From positions 1-64,000 of the forward strand of contig JAANOX010000228.1 of the NCBI GenBank assembly GCA_020184695.1: 64,000 bases of DNA, given 5' to 3'. The notes under the pieces are model-generated. The model did no database searches, had not been told where the DNA came from, and worked only from the letters and a program-made list of their open reading frames with translations. Shown piece by piece: positions 34,400-44,759 of this stretch; within the stretch, counting starts at the first letter, position 1; every line of letters begins with the position of its first letter. The position numbers were made by a program, and so were the translations under genes. This DNA is from Histomonas meleagridis 2922-C6/04-290x (taxonomy: Eukaryota; Protista; Parabasalia).

Positions 34400-36600
34400 T
34401 TATTTCCATTTCTTTTTTAAATTATACAATGAAACAAATTCTTCAACATTAAAATAACTTCTTTCTTGATTAAGTAATTGAATAATTTCTGTTTTATTAT
34501 TTTTCTTTGCTAAAATAGCTGCTGTTTCAAATTGTTTCTAAAAATTCCAAACATAAATATGAAACATAAAATTAATAAAATAAAATTTAAACAAAATGAA
34601 TAAAAATCTTTAACATTAATGTCAATATGTTTTTGACTAAGGAGCAACTTTACTATTTCGATATTACCATTAAAACATGCTTTCATGAGTGCTGTATCAA
34701 ACAAAATAAATGAATTCCAAATATTATTTTGAAACAGGTAAAAATTATAAAAACAAATTTTAAACAAAACAATTGAATATTATGTGCATTAATATCAATT
34801 CCTTTATGTTCAAGAAGCAATTTAACTATTTCTGTGTAACCATACATAGATGCTAAGATAAGTGCTGTATCGTATAATAAAAACTATTTCCAAATACTAT
34901 TATGAAATATCGTTTTATTAAAATAATTTTTTTTTGAAATAAACAAATATTTTTAATATTCACATTTATTCCTTCTTGTTCAAGAAGCAATTTAACTATT
35001 TTTGTGTAACCATTTGTAGATGCTAATATAAGTGCAGTATTAAATAATTTATATAATTTTCAAGCATTATTTTAAAATATCAATTTATTAAAATAAATTT
35101 TATTTGAAACAAATAAATATTTTTAGCATTAATATTAATTCCTTTATGTTCAATAAGCAAATTAACTATTTGACTGTAACCATTTGTAGATGCCAATATA
35201 AGTGCTGTATCATTGATTTAAAATAATTTTCAAACATTATTATTAAATATTATTTTATTAAACAAACAAATATTTTTAGAATTAATATCAATTCTTTCTT
35301 GTTTAAGAAGATATTCAACTAAATCTATATGACCATATAAAGATGCTATCATAAGAGCTGTTTCAAATAATTAAAATAATTTCCAAATATTATTTTGAAA
35401 TACGAAATCATTAAGATAAACTTCATTTAAAAAAATAAAAATATTTTTAGTATTGATATCAATTTCTTTATTTTCCTTTATATATTTAAATAGCTCAATA
35501 TTTCCTGATTCTGCCACGAACAATAATAAAACATTTGGGATCGAGTTTTCTTGAATAAAATCTTGGATAAGAAATATATTACCAATTCTTGCTGTTTCAT
35601 TAATAATTTTATCATTGATTTCAATTCCTTCTTTTAATAAAAATGATAAAACTTCATAGTTATGATGTAAAACACATTTCTTTCCTAATTCTTCTAAATT
35701 AGTACTTTTATCCAGTTTATTTTCATAAATATATTTAAATATATCATTCCGATGAAACATAATTGCTGTTTCATATGCACTTTTAAAAGTTGAATGATTT
35801 TGTTCACATAAATGAATGATTTCTTCATTTCCACCTGCAATTGCATATTTACCTGTGTTATTTACTTTTGCATTATTCATAAGTAAATATTTAAAACATT
35901 TAACTGAAGAAAAAAATGCTGCATAATCAATTAATGTAACATTATATTGAATAAATGAGCATCTTTCATAAAGTGATGGTTCAATTGTTTGATTGAAATC
36001 AAAATTATTTTGTAATGATATTTCTTGAAGTTTTTCTATTTCATCATTTCGAATTATTTTCGATATTTCGTTTGGATTATTTCCTTCTTCAATTAATTGT
36101 TTATGAAGCTCCCAATTGTTCTTTGATAGTTTTTCATAATTTTCAATAATTTGTTTCATATAAACATTATTACTTAATCTTTGCATCTCTATTTCAGACA
36201 TGTAATGAACAAAATATGGATTTGTTTGAATCTGCTTCGTTTCTAATCCACAAAAATTTCGTTCAATCATTTTCTCAAGAAAATAATATGATTCTTTAGT
36301 GTTTTTATTGAGGAGAAATTGTTTGCATATTGTAAAAATGTTGGGTCCGCCATATTTCTCTTCCCATTTCTCGATTTTTATTATTAAACTCAAATAAGCA
36401 TCAAAATATTTTATATTTATTATAAGAAATTCATACGCCATTTGGCATACAATAAGGTTGAAAGAATAAATATAATCATAATCAATTATATCGATTAATG
36501 AATTAAATGACTGTGTGATATTTTCATTGTTTAAATTGAAAATTATTTGTTTAATAGATGTGAGTGTTTTCCATTCACTTTGTAGTTCATGGTTTATCAT
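34400..36600 (-). CDS. DUF3447-type ankyrin-repeat protein split by 23 non-canonical 17-nt inserts (predicted 602 aa after excision)
   Basis: First block 36600-35446 is open. Six spacers (35362-35445, 35209-35274, 35039-35121, 34869-34951, 34696-34781, 34526-34608) separate 87-nt ankyrin blocks. Removing the 17-mers (one is 18 nt, in a T-run) gives a continuous ORF to TAA at 34400-34402. Confidence 0.8.
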
Positions 36601-36758
36601 TTTTTTTTATCTTTTTATTACAATGTGTGAAATTTCACATAACATTTCATTGAAAGAGAATAACCGTCACAGATTTTGCAATTTATATAAAAATATTTGT
36701 TTATTCACATATCACTTTATTTCCAAACGTATAAACAGTCATGAATGATGGCTCGGAG

Positions 36759-37547
36759 TTATTCATCTCCAAGGTCAATATCATCAATTTGAAAATCATC
36801 AAACTCGTCAACATCAGATATTTGTTCGTGATCTATTTTCGTATTTTCCACATCAAAATCATCTTCGTTGTCAATTTCATCGAGTGTATTATGTTCTTCA
36901 CTGTAATTTTCATGTTTTCCAAATGTTACAACAAAATCTTCTTCTTCGTGGTTTTTATAATGGAGCTCTACTGGTGACGCATTTGCTTTAGCAAACGGTT
37001 TACTTGCTTTTTCTTTTGTTTTCATAGGTGAATCGTAAGTTTTGATTGATTTGTTTCGACTTGGTAATATAGAGTTGTATGAAGGGTTATTTTGCACTTC
37101 GTCAAGGTGCTCTTCTTTTACAAATTGTTTAACTTTGGTATCAAAAGATTCTCTGGAGTTAATTTGTCGATGAATTAAATCCGCCAAAAAATTGGAAGTT
37201 TTTTGTGTTCCAATAAAACTGTTGTTTAAATTAAATTTTCTTTTTGCTGTTTCGCATTGTATAGTTTCGAGAGTTGTGTTCATTTGGTATTGTTGAAGAT
37301 ATTTTATTGCAATAATGAAAGCTGTATTCCATGAATTTGTGTTCCTTTGCTTGACTTGAGGTTGTATAGATTTAAAAACGGGATTCTTTGATCCGACAAC
37401 ATTTTTCGAAATCTCGCATGTATACATTGCTTGAATTGCATTACCTACTCCGCATTCAGCTACACGCTCTTCTGTTCTTTCATTTAGTTCTTCTTCAGGA
37501 ACTTTTGGGGCAAATTTTTTGCCTTTCGGGATGTTTAAACGCTTCAT
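36759..37547 (-). CDS. Hypothetical protein with acidic C-terminus
   Basis: ATG ORF of 262 aa; NTAFIIAIKYLQQYQMNTTLETI resembles a LisH-like helix; D/E-rich tail. Confidence 0.8.
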   Translation of the reverse strand: MKRLNIPKGKKFAPKVPEEELNERTEERVAECGVGNAIQAMYTCEISKNVVGSKNPVFKSIQPQVKQRNTNSWNTAFIIAIKYLQQYQMNTTLETIQCETAKRKFNLNNSFIGTQKTSNFLADLIHRQINSRESFDTKVKQFVKEEHLDEVQNNPSYNSILPSRNKSIKTYDSPMKTKEKASKPFAKANASPVELHYKNHEEEDFVVTFGKHENYSEEHNTLDEIDNEDDFDVENTKIDHEQISDVDEFDDFQIDDIDLGDE

Positions 37548-37708
37548 TTTCTTGTTTTTTGTACGTTTAAAAATTTAACGTTTTTCATTTTATCAAATTT
37601 CTAATGTTTTTTAAGAAAAACCCTTCTAAAAATAAAAAACAATTTAAGGATTTGATATTTTGGGAATTTCCTTAGAATAAAAAATTTTGCTTTAAGTTCT
37701 ATTTTTAT

Positions 37709-39364
37709 TTACTTTGGTGTATATTGCTTTAAGAATTTGAACATTTCTAACACATTATTCAAATTTCCTTTATTCCAATTGCTTGCATCGAATTCATTAA
37801 AGAATTCATAAAAATCATTTATCTTTATATAAACAGGTTCAATTTTTTCATAAGTTTTTATTTGATCTGAATCTATATTTCTTAATCTAGCGAATTCTCT
37901 ACAAGAAACCAAATCATTATACATATCATCAGGATTATAATTTTTTAATATATAAATCACATTATTGATATTTAAATCAGGACAAATATTTTTAATTAAA
38001 TCACTATCATTTGGATCTTGCGAAATATTTGGTGCCATTACTAATGTTGAAATAATTTGTTTTATTCTGATTAAATCTATTTTTTTAAATGCCTCAAATG
38101 CAGTTATAAAAGAGTTCCATATAATCGAATTCCTAAATGAAAATCTTAATGGATTATTAAGAATTTTATTTGATAATTCCACGTCAAGAAGTGACATTAA
38201 AACTTGAAACAAAAAAATACAAAATGATTTTGTATATGAAAAAGTCATACAAATACTATTAATAACTTGTTCAAAGTCACATAGAAGTGGATCGACATCA
38301 AATTTAGCAGTACTAAATCTATTAAAAAGTATACGAAAGTTTGAAAGAAGTGGGCGAACAATTTCTCGAGTTTGATTATTTAAAAGAATACAAAGTTTAT
38401 CAATAAAATAATTTACATGTTCTTGATTTTGGATTTCTTTTTGTGGGTTTTCTTTTATTAAATATATTAAAATTATTATGTTTATAAATCTCATTTCATC
38501 GCTACAATTTGTACAGAGTGGTGCATTTGATAAATGTGCAAAAAAGTTATCTGAAAATTCAATAAATTCATTTTCATTTGCAGATGGAAGCAAAACACCT
38601 GAATGAAGAATAAGAGAATATATAGGAAATACAGATGGTGGTATTTGTAAAGAATGTGATGAATCAATAAAAACAGGTTCATTAAATATTGGGAATTCAG
38701 TAGAGAGAATTTCTTTTGTAAGTTCAAAAAGTGTATTTAAATCATCTTTTTTGGGCTCATTTGGAATTGAACGGATTTGAGGTTGAGTTATATTGCTTTT
38801 ATTTTGTTTATATCGATGTGATTTTCGGAGTTTAAGAAATTCCCCATCAGATGTAATTTCGGTTTGATCCCAATCAGAAAAATTTACTTTAGGAAATTGT
38901 TCGTCAAAAAGTGATGGATCATTTTTATCATTAGTTGGATTGAGAAATTCGGAATTAGGCACTATTTTATAAGTATATTTGAGAATAGGAGCAATTGAAC
39001 GGCCGCTTTCCATTTCAACTTCTTCATTTACAACAACACCAAGCTGATAATTTTTGGCTAAATCAATTGCGATTTCTCCATAAATCTTACTGTTGTTAGG
39101 TGAAGAAATTCTGTGAAGAAGAATTTGCATCTTTTTATGACGAATTTTCTTTGTATCCTTATCTATGAATATTGTACACTTGATTTTAAATGTTTTGTCG
39201 AAGTGAAGACATAGATCTGAATCAGATTGAATTTTATTGGTTGAATATTTTGTTGATCCTCGTACAAAAGAAATATAAAATTTACTATCAATACTACGCT
39301 TTAGGTCGACAGTAAGAAATGTGAAGAATATATTCGCATTAATTTTCTCGTATTGTTGAAACAT
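37709..39364 (-). CDS. NT-C2 (EEIG1/EHBP1-type) domain protein with a helical, Dilute-like C-terminus
   Basis: N-terminal beta-sandwich pattern (ISFVRGSTKYST...YGEIAIDLA); C-terminal CPDLNINNVIYILKNYNPDD resembles the DIL domain; first ATG at 39364. Confidence 0.6.
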   Translation of the reverse strand: MFQQYEKINANIFFTFLTVDLKRSIDSKFYISFVRGSTKYSTNKIQSDSDLCLHFDKTFKIKCTIFIDKDTKKIRHKKMQILLHRISSPNNSKIYGEIAIDLAKNYQLGVVVNEEVEMESGRSIAPILKYTYKIVPNSEFLNPTNDKNDPSLFDEQFPKVNFSDWDQTEITSDGEFLKLRKSHRYKQNKSNITQPQIRSIPNEPKKDDLNTLFELTKEILSTEFPIFNEPVFIDSSHSLQIPPSVFPIYSLILHSGVLLPSANENEFIEFSDNFFAHLSNAPLCTNCSDEMRFINIIILIYLIKENPQKEIQNQEHVNYFIDKLCILLNNQTREIVRPLLSNFRILFNRFSTAKFDVDPLLCDFEQVINSICMTFSYTKSFCIFLFQVLMSLLDVELSNKILNNPLRFSFRNSIIWNSFITAFEAFKKIDLIRIKQIISTLVMAPNISQDPNDSDLIKNICPDLNINNVIYILKNYNPDDMYNDLVSCREFARLRNIDSDQIKTYEKIEPVYIKINDFYEFFNEFDASNWNKGNLNNVLEMFKFLKQYTPK

Positions 39365-39731
39365 TTTTTTGGTGATTTGAAACAAACGGTTATAAACTCA
39401 AATTTCTGTTCGTTTTTTGCAGAAATCAGAGTTTTTAACGTACATTCTCTCAAAAGATTATATTGATTAATCCCAAGAACCCTTTTTTTAATCGAACCTT
39501 GTTTCTAAAGCAATTACAAAATAAAAGAACCCATTATTTCCTTAAAATTATTAAGAGGTATCAAGTTTTCAAATTAAAATTTTATGAACCTTGGGTACTA
39601 ATAATTTCTATACTTATATTTATCATGCCAAAAATCTGAATATTATATAGAAAAATATTTAAATGCAAACGAATTTTTAACTCCACACATGCCTTTTAAA
39701 TTTCATAAAAAAGTATTACAATTTTATTTAT

Positions 39732-41168
39732 TCATTTGTTAAGAATTTTCTTAAGGAACGAAAAGTCTTTTTCTGATACTTCATTATATGTTGGAACTCT
39801 TCTGAAGTAACATTCTAATGACCTACATCTACAAGACTTTTTCATCATTGCATGATATCCGCATCCAACTTTTTCTGCTATTTTCTTTCCATGGTTTGTA
39901 CACTCGCGTCCTATTGGTTGCATCTCTACAAGTGTTGCATCTTTAGACAAAAATAACCCATAAACCATTGTTGATAAATGACTACTTATAAAAACTTTAG
40001 CTGATGACATTAATTCTGCAATCTCAGCAACGTTTTCAGTTTTAGGGATTTTAACGACACTATAACCTGGGTATAATTGCTCAATGATGTTGGCATATTT
40101 TTTGTAACGGTCGACGACGATGATGTTTGACACTTTTGTGTTTGACGTAAATAAACTTCTGAAATGATGTATCAAATCTGGCTTCAAACTAAACAACCAT
40201 TGATATTGCGAGCCAAAGGATTTAGATTCTGTAGTGTTATGACTTGAAACGTTTAGGTCAAGTGGAATGGATCCGGTTGAACGAATAAAATGACCTTCAT
40301 CAAAACAACCTTTTGTATCATTTAACAAAATTGGTGATTGCGTAATTCTACCAATGCTTTGAAGAAGATGATTTTGGTTCCTGGTGAGATAGAGTTGTGG
40401 TATAGAATTTGTTGACCTCATAAAATGATAAATTGGTAAAAGAACATCAATGATTTGTCTCCATGGTTCTTTGTTGTTTGCTGTTATAAATAACGTAGGA
40501 ACATGCTGTTTTGTGAAGTCTAGGTGTGTTGAAGCAAACACTTCTCTTGATGATTTGTCAACTTGAATTTGGATTGTGTCATTTTGAGCTGCTAAAAATG
40601 GCGCAAAAATTGCAATCGGCTGTGAGAAATAAATGATTGTATTGTTTGAATAACAAAAGTCTCTTAAATCTGCTATTGAAGTATTATTGCTTTTGAGAGA
40701 TCTTGACCAACCAACAGGAAAAACATTCACATCATTGATAGTATGGTTAATTTCTCCAAGAACTCTTTGTTGACAAACAACTGATGAACGAACTTTGCCT
40801 CCCATTTGTGATAAGATGCAGAAAGAAATATTTTCAGTATCCGAAATTACATCCCAAAATTGTTCAGAATGATATTCAGATAAAGAAGAACCGACTAGAT
40901 TAAAAATACGAAGTAATTTAAGAGCTGATGTTTTTGGAAATTGTGTGAAATTATTAACACGTAGTGATACATTAATTCTTGAGCCTTCTGATGATAATTT
41001 AACGAGTTCTATGTGGTTGCAATCGACAGTTGGAAATTGTGGATGAAGAGGCAATAAAGGTGGATCATTATCAAACACCAAAAGCAAAACAGCTATGACA
41101 CCAACTATTATCATTGAGAGAGATGTTGTATAAAGATCGAGAAACCTGTCTAAATATGTTGTTTTCAT
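39732..41168 (-). CDS. Type II membrane protein, glycosyltransferase family 61/DUF563-like
   Basis: N-terminal TM anchor; C-terminal MSSAKVFISSHLSTMVYGLFLSKDATLVEM resembles the GT61 motif. Confidence 0.55.
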   Translation of the reverse strand: MKTTYLDRFLDLYTTSLSMIIVGVIAVLLLVFDNDPPLLPLHPQFPTVDCNHIELVKLSSEGSRINVSLRVNNFTQFPKTSALKLLRIFNLVGSSLSEYHSEQFWDVISDTENISFCILSQMGGKVRSSVVCQQRVLGEINHTINDVNVFPVGWSRSLKSNNTSIADLRDFCYSNNTIIYFSQPIAIFAPFLAAQNDTIQIQVDKSSREVFASTHLDFTKQHVPTLFITANNKEPWRQIIDVLLPIYHFMRSTNSIPQLYLTRNQNHLLQSIGRITQSPILLNDTKGCFDEGHFIRSTGSIPLDLNVSSHNTTESKSFGSQYQWLFSLKPDLIHHFRSLFTSNTKVSNIIVVDRYKKYANIIEQLYPGYSVVKIPKTENVAEIAELMSSAKVFISSHLSTMVYGLFLSKDATLVEMQPIGRECTNHGKKIAEKVGCGYHAMMKKSCRCRSLECYFRRVPTYNEVSEKDFSFLKKILNK

Positions 41169-42389
41169 TTGCTGCCGATTTGTATAAGAGCGGTTTTTTC
41201 ATAAAACATTCAATTTTTGTTTGAACATGAATTGAACTTTTCGACGTAATCATGAAAGCAAAAAATAATGTCTAAATGCGATAATATACAGAAACGAAAA
41301 AATTTCAGGGAGGTACTATCAAATTACCATCAACCGCACAAAATTATAATCTTCAAAATTCGAAATTTTCCCTTATGCCTCAAGTATTTGACTTGAATTT
41401 TCATGTGATCAAACCCTAAAATAATAGGTCATTCGGCATATGTCCGGGTATGTTTGCTTCTCAAACAAAACAACACAAAACTTATTTACAATCTTTTTAG
41501 TGATGTGCTTGTTTCACATGTGATGGCGTCATTAAAATTAGCATAGGAATCTATAATTGACAATTTGTTATGATGACATAGCAGGGTAAGTTTATTATTC
41601 TTTTTGTAAGATAGTTAACATATTTTAAAAAAAAGTTATCTAATAATACATAATGTGCGAAAATAAATAAAAATTTACAAAAATTATGAGATCTTGGGAA
41701 AGTTAATCCAGAAGGTGCAGTCAAAAAAAAATCATGATTTTCTTTGCAAGTTTTATCTCATTGAGTTCGTAACTATTGCCACTTTTCATAAGTCTGGGAA
41801 ATTTTCACTTTTTGAATATTACACTAAATTGAATATTTATTTGGGTAAATAATTATCGGTTTATTCAAATACAATTTTTCAATGCATCGTTTTTGCGCTT
41901 TTTGAATATGGCGCGCTGAAAAGCAAAACAGAACTTACAATGCTAAAACCCAGTGATAATACAACTTTGATATCAATTTTTCATCAATTAGCGATGACAG
42001 TGATTCTAGTTTGTAGTATTCATGCTTCTTATGTGATATATAATAAACATGAAATCAATTCAGATGTAAAATTTCATCAAATTCTATATAAAAAAATTAC
42101 GAAGCTTATAGGAATACAGAACAAACATATGCCTTGTATGTTAAATAAATGGATATATCACAGAATTTTTTTTGTAACATCGAACATAGAGCACCAAACT
42201 TTTTACAAAGAACCTTTTATAATTAATGAAACCTTATATATAAATTTACATATTTATAAACAAAAGAACCTTATTTCATACATGCATTTCTTTGCTAGTT
42301 TTTCTTTCACAAAATTTATTTTGTTTTTATGTTCATCAATTTATATTTTGTTGTGTATACATAAATACATTTTCAATTTAATATCTTCA

Positions 42390-44387
42390 ATGAATTATTC
42401 CAACAATAATTATAAATTTAAGACATTAATTTTTGTATTATTCTTTACAAATACGTTTCAATATTTTAATTATGAAACAGAAACACTTCTAATAACTCAA
42501 CCAAGCGATTTTACAAATGATTATAAAAATGTTACCAAACATGTTACAATAAATAATGTACAAGAAATTAATGCCAGTGCATTTACCACATGGGCTTTAT
42601 TAACAGCAACGATTGGAGATTCAGTCATTACAATTAATGAAAAAGCATTTTATCGTTGTTATCAATTATGTTATATTGAATTTGGGAATAATTTAGAGAT
42701 GATTTCAAACAATGCAATTCAAGAGTGTACTTCATTAACAAATATTTCACTTCCAAGTTCAGTCACTAGCCTTGGTATGGGTGCATTTCGTGGGTGTACT
42801 AGTCTTGAAAAAGTAATTCTTCAAGAAGGCTTGGTTACAATTTCAGAAAGTGTATTTAATGGTTGTATTATGTTAAAAAGTATATCAATTCCAATTACAG
42901 TCACTAACGTTGGTAACAGTGTATTTAGTGGATGCACTGAACTTCAAACAGTAATTCTTGAAGAAAATTCGTTGACGACAATTCCTGATTCTTTTTTTGC
43001 TAATTGCGTTTCATTAGTAAATTTCACAATTCCTAAAACAGTCACTTCCCTTGGTCAGAATGCATTTTTAAGTTGTACTGGTATTGTAGAAATAACACTT
43101 GAAGAAGGTTTGGAGACAATTGGATTATATGCTTTCCAATCGTGCACTAGTCTATTGTATATCAATATTCCAAGCACTGTTACTAGTATATCAACAAGTC
43201 CATTTTCAGGATGCACAAATCTTAAATTTATTAATGTTAATAGTAATAATAAGAATTATGCTAATTTAAATAACGATGGAGTTTTATATAATAAAGATAT
43301 CACAGAATTAATTAGTTATCCAGTAGGAAATTTAACAAAAACATTCAACATATCAAATACAGTAAATTCTATTAATTCACGATCATTTTTTTCAAGTCCG
43401 AATTTAGAAACAGTTTCATTTGGTGAAAGTGTTACTATAATTAATATTTATGCATTTTATGGAAGCACTAATTTAAAAACAATTTATCTTAATGCAAATG
43501 TTGATAGTATTAATGAACAAGCATTTGGAAATTGCAATTCTCTCACATGTATTTATTTTAGTGGAGAAAGTGCACCAAGAATAATAGCATCTGGTGCATT
43601 TACTGATGTTCATGCATCTAATGTTATGGTATCAGAAAAATATAGCGATGAAACATTTGGAATTTTTGATATATCATTAACAACTCTTGATGAATGCCTC
43701 CCGCCGACAATAACATTTACAGAATCAAAAACATTTTCAAACTCAAACACATTTTCAGAATCGAAAACTCATTCAAACACTTTTACTCAATCAAATTCAT
43801 ATACACAATCAAATTCATATACACAATCAAATTCATATACACAATCAAATACATATTCACAGTCAAATACATTTGTATTAACAGAATCATTTGATCTTGA
43901 AATAACTTATTCAAGTTCTTATATTTTAACACATAGTTTATCATTAACAGAAACAGTTGTTTACAGTTCGTTTTTATCAAATACATTTTTATTGACAATG
44001 AACGATTTGACGTATACTTATATTAATACATATTTTATTTATTATGAATTCACAGTAGTTATTTATTATTCTTATGTGGAATATTATTCCAACTTTTTCA
44101 CTTTGTTTTATAAACAAGAAACGCCAAATGGAAATAGTAACACAACATTAATTATTATCATTGTTTGTGTTGTTATTGTTGTAATTATTGTTGTTTTGTT
44201 ATTTATGATTTTTGTTATTATTAAACGTAATAAGAAACAAGCAAATGTCGAATCAAATAATGAAGCATGCGAAGTTGAACAACCTGATTATGAAATTAAT
44301 CATTATAATAATAGTTCACTAAATAATATTGATGAAGATCCTTTCGCAGCAGACTTTAATGAAGATAATGTGTTGTCTAATATTTGA
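42390..44387 (+). CDS. BspA-like LRR type I membrane protein with (SNSYTQ)n stalk
   Basis: TpLRR repeats, 18-bp tandem repeats near 43787-43870, TM helix and acidic tail ending DPFAADF; the upstream extension to 41940 looks non-coding. Confidence 0.9.
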   Translation: MNYSNNNYKFKTLIFVLFFTNTFQYFNYETETLLITQPSDFTNDYKNVTKHVTINNVQEINASAFTTWALLTATIGDSVITINEKAFYRCYQLCYIEFGNNLEMISNNAIQECTSLTNISLPSSVTSLGMGAFRGCTSLEKVILQEGLVTISESVFNGCIMLKSISIPITVTNVGNSVFSGCTELQTVILEENSLTTIPDSFFANCVSLVNFTIPKTVTSLGQNAFLSCTGIVEITLEEGLETIGLYAFQSCTSLLYINIPSTVTSISTSPFSGCTNLKFINVNSNNKNYANLNNDGVLYNKDITELISYPVGNLTKTFNISNTVNSINSRSFFSSPNLETVSFGESVTIINIYAFYGSTNLKTIYLNANVDSINEQAFGNCNSLTCIYFSGESAPRIIASGAFTDVHASNVMVSEKYSDETFGIFDISLTTLDECLPPTITFTESKTFSNSNTFSESKTHSNTFTQSNSYTQSNSYTQSNSYTQSNTYSQSNTFVLTESFDLEITYSSSYILTHSLSLTETVVYSSFLSNTFLLTMNDLTYTYINTYFIYYEFTVVIYYSYVEYYSNFFTLFYKQETPNGNSNTTLIIIIVCVVIVVIIVVLLFMIFVIIKRNKKQANVESNNEACEVEQPDYEINHYNNSSLNNIDEDPFAADFNEDNVLSNI

Positions 44388-44759
44388 AATAGGATTATTT
44401 AACAAGTCATTCCAGGTGATACTTGAATTTATTATTTTGCTTTTCATATACCAAATAATAAAAATTGTATTTATTTCAAACTTTTCGTTTTGTTTTTAGT
44501 GAATTCAAAATTTGTGAATGATTTTTGTTTTTTAAAATCAATAGTTGGTTCAAATGCCTTATGTTTTCAAAATTAACATATAAATTCAATGACAATAAAC
44601 AGAGAAAATATGTGAAATAACATATTAATACTATTATTGTATTTCATCATACAAAATATATTTATATATAGTGGTGTACTTTTCTTTGAAAAAAAAGTAC
44701 TAGTAAGCTCTTCCCTATCAGTTTGCTTATTTATCCCTAAGTATTCTATATCATTTTGA

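Noticed and set aside
34510-34767. Small ORFs in the supplied track across the ankyrin arrays (34510-34767, 45752-46009, 46597-46794, 59779-59976, 60078-60326) as separate genes
   Set aside because: They are single ankyrin blocks read through untranslated 17-nt inserts; the F/I/L-rich stretches are insert sequence.
41940-42389. 150-aa N-terminal extension of the BspA gene
   Set aside because: Low-complexity AT-rich sequence ahead of a plausible hydrophobic leader at ATG 42390; likely a chance open frame.
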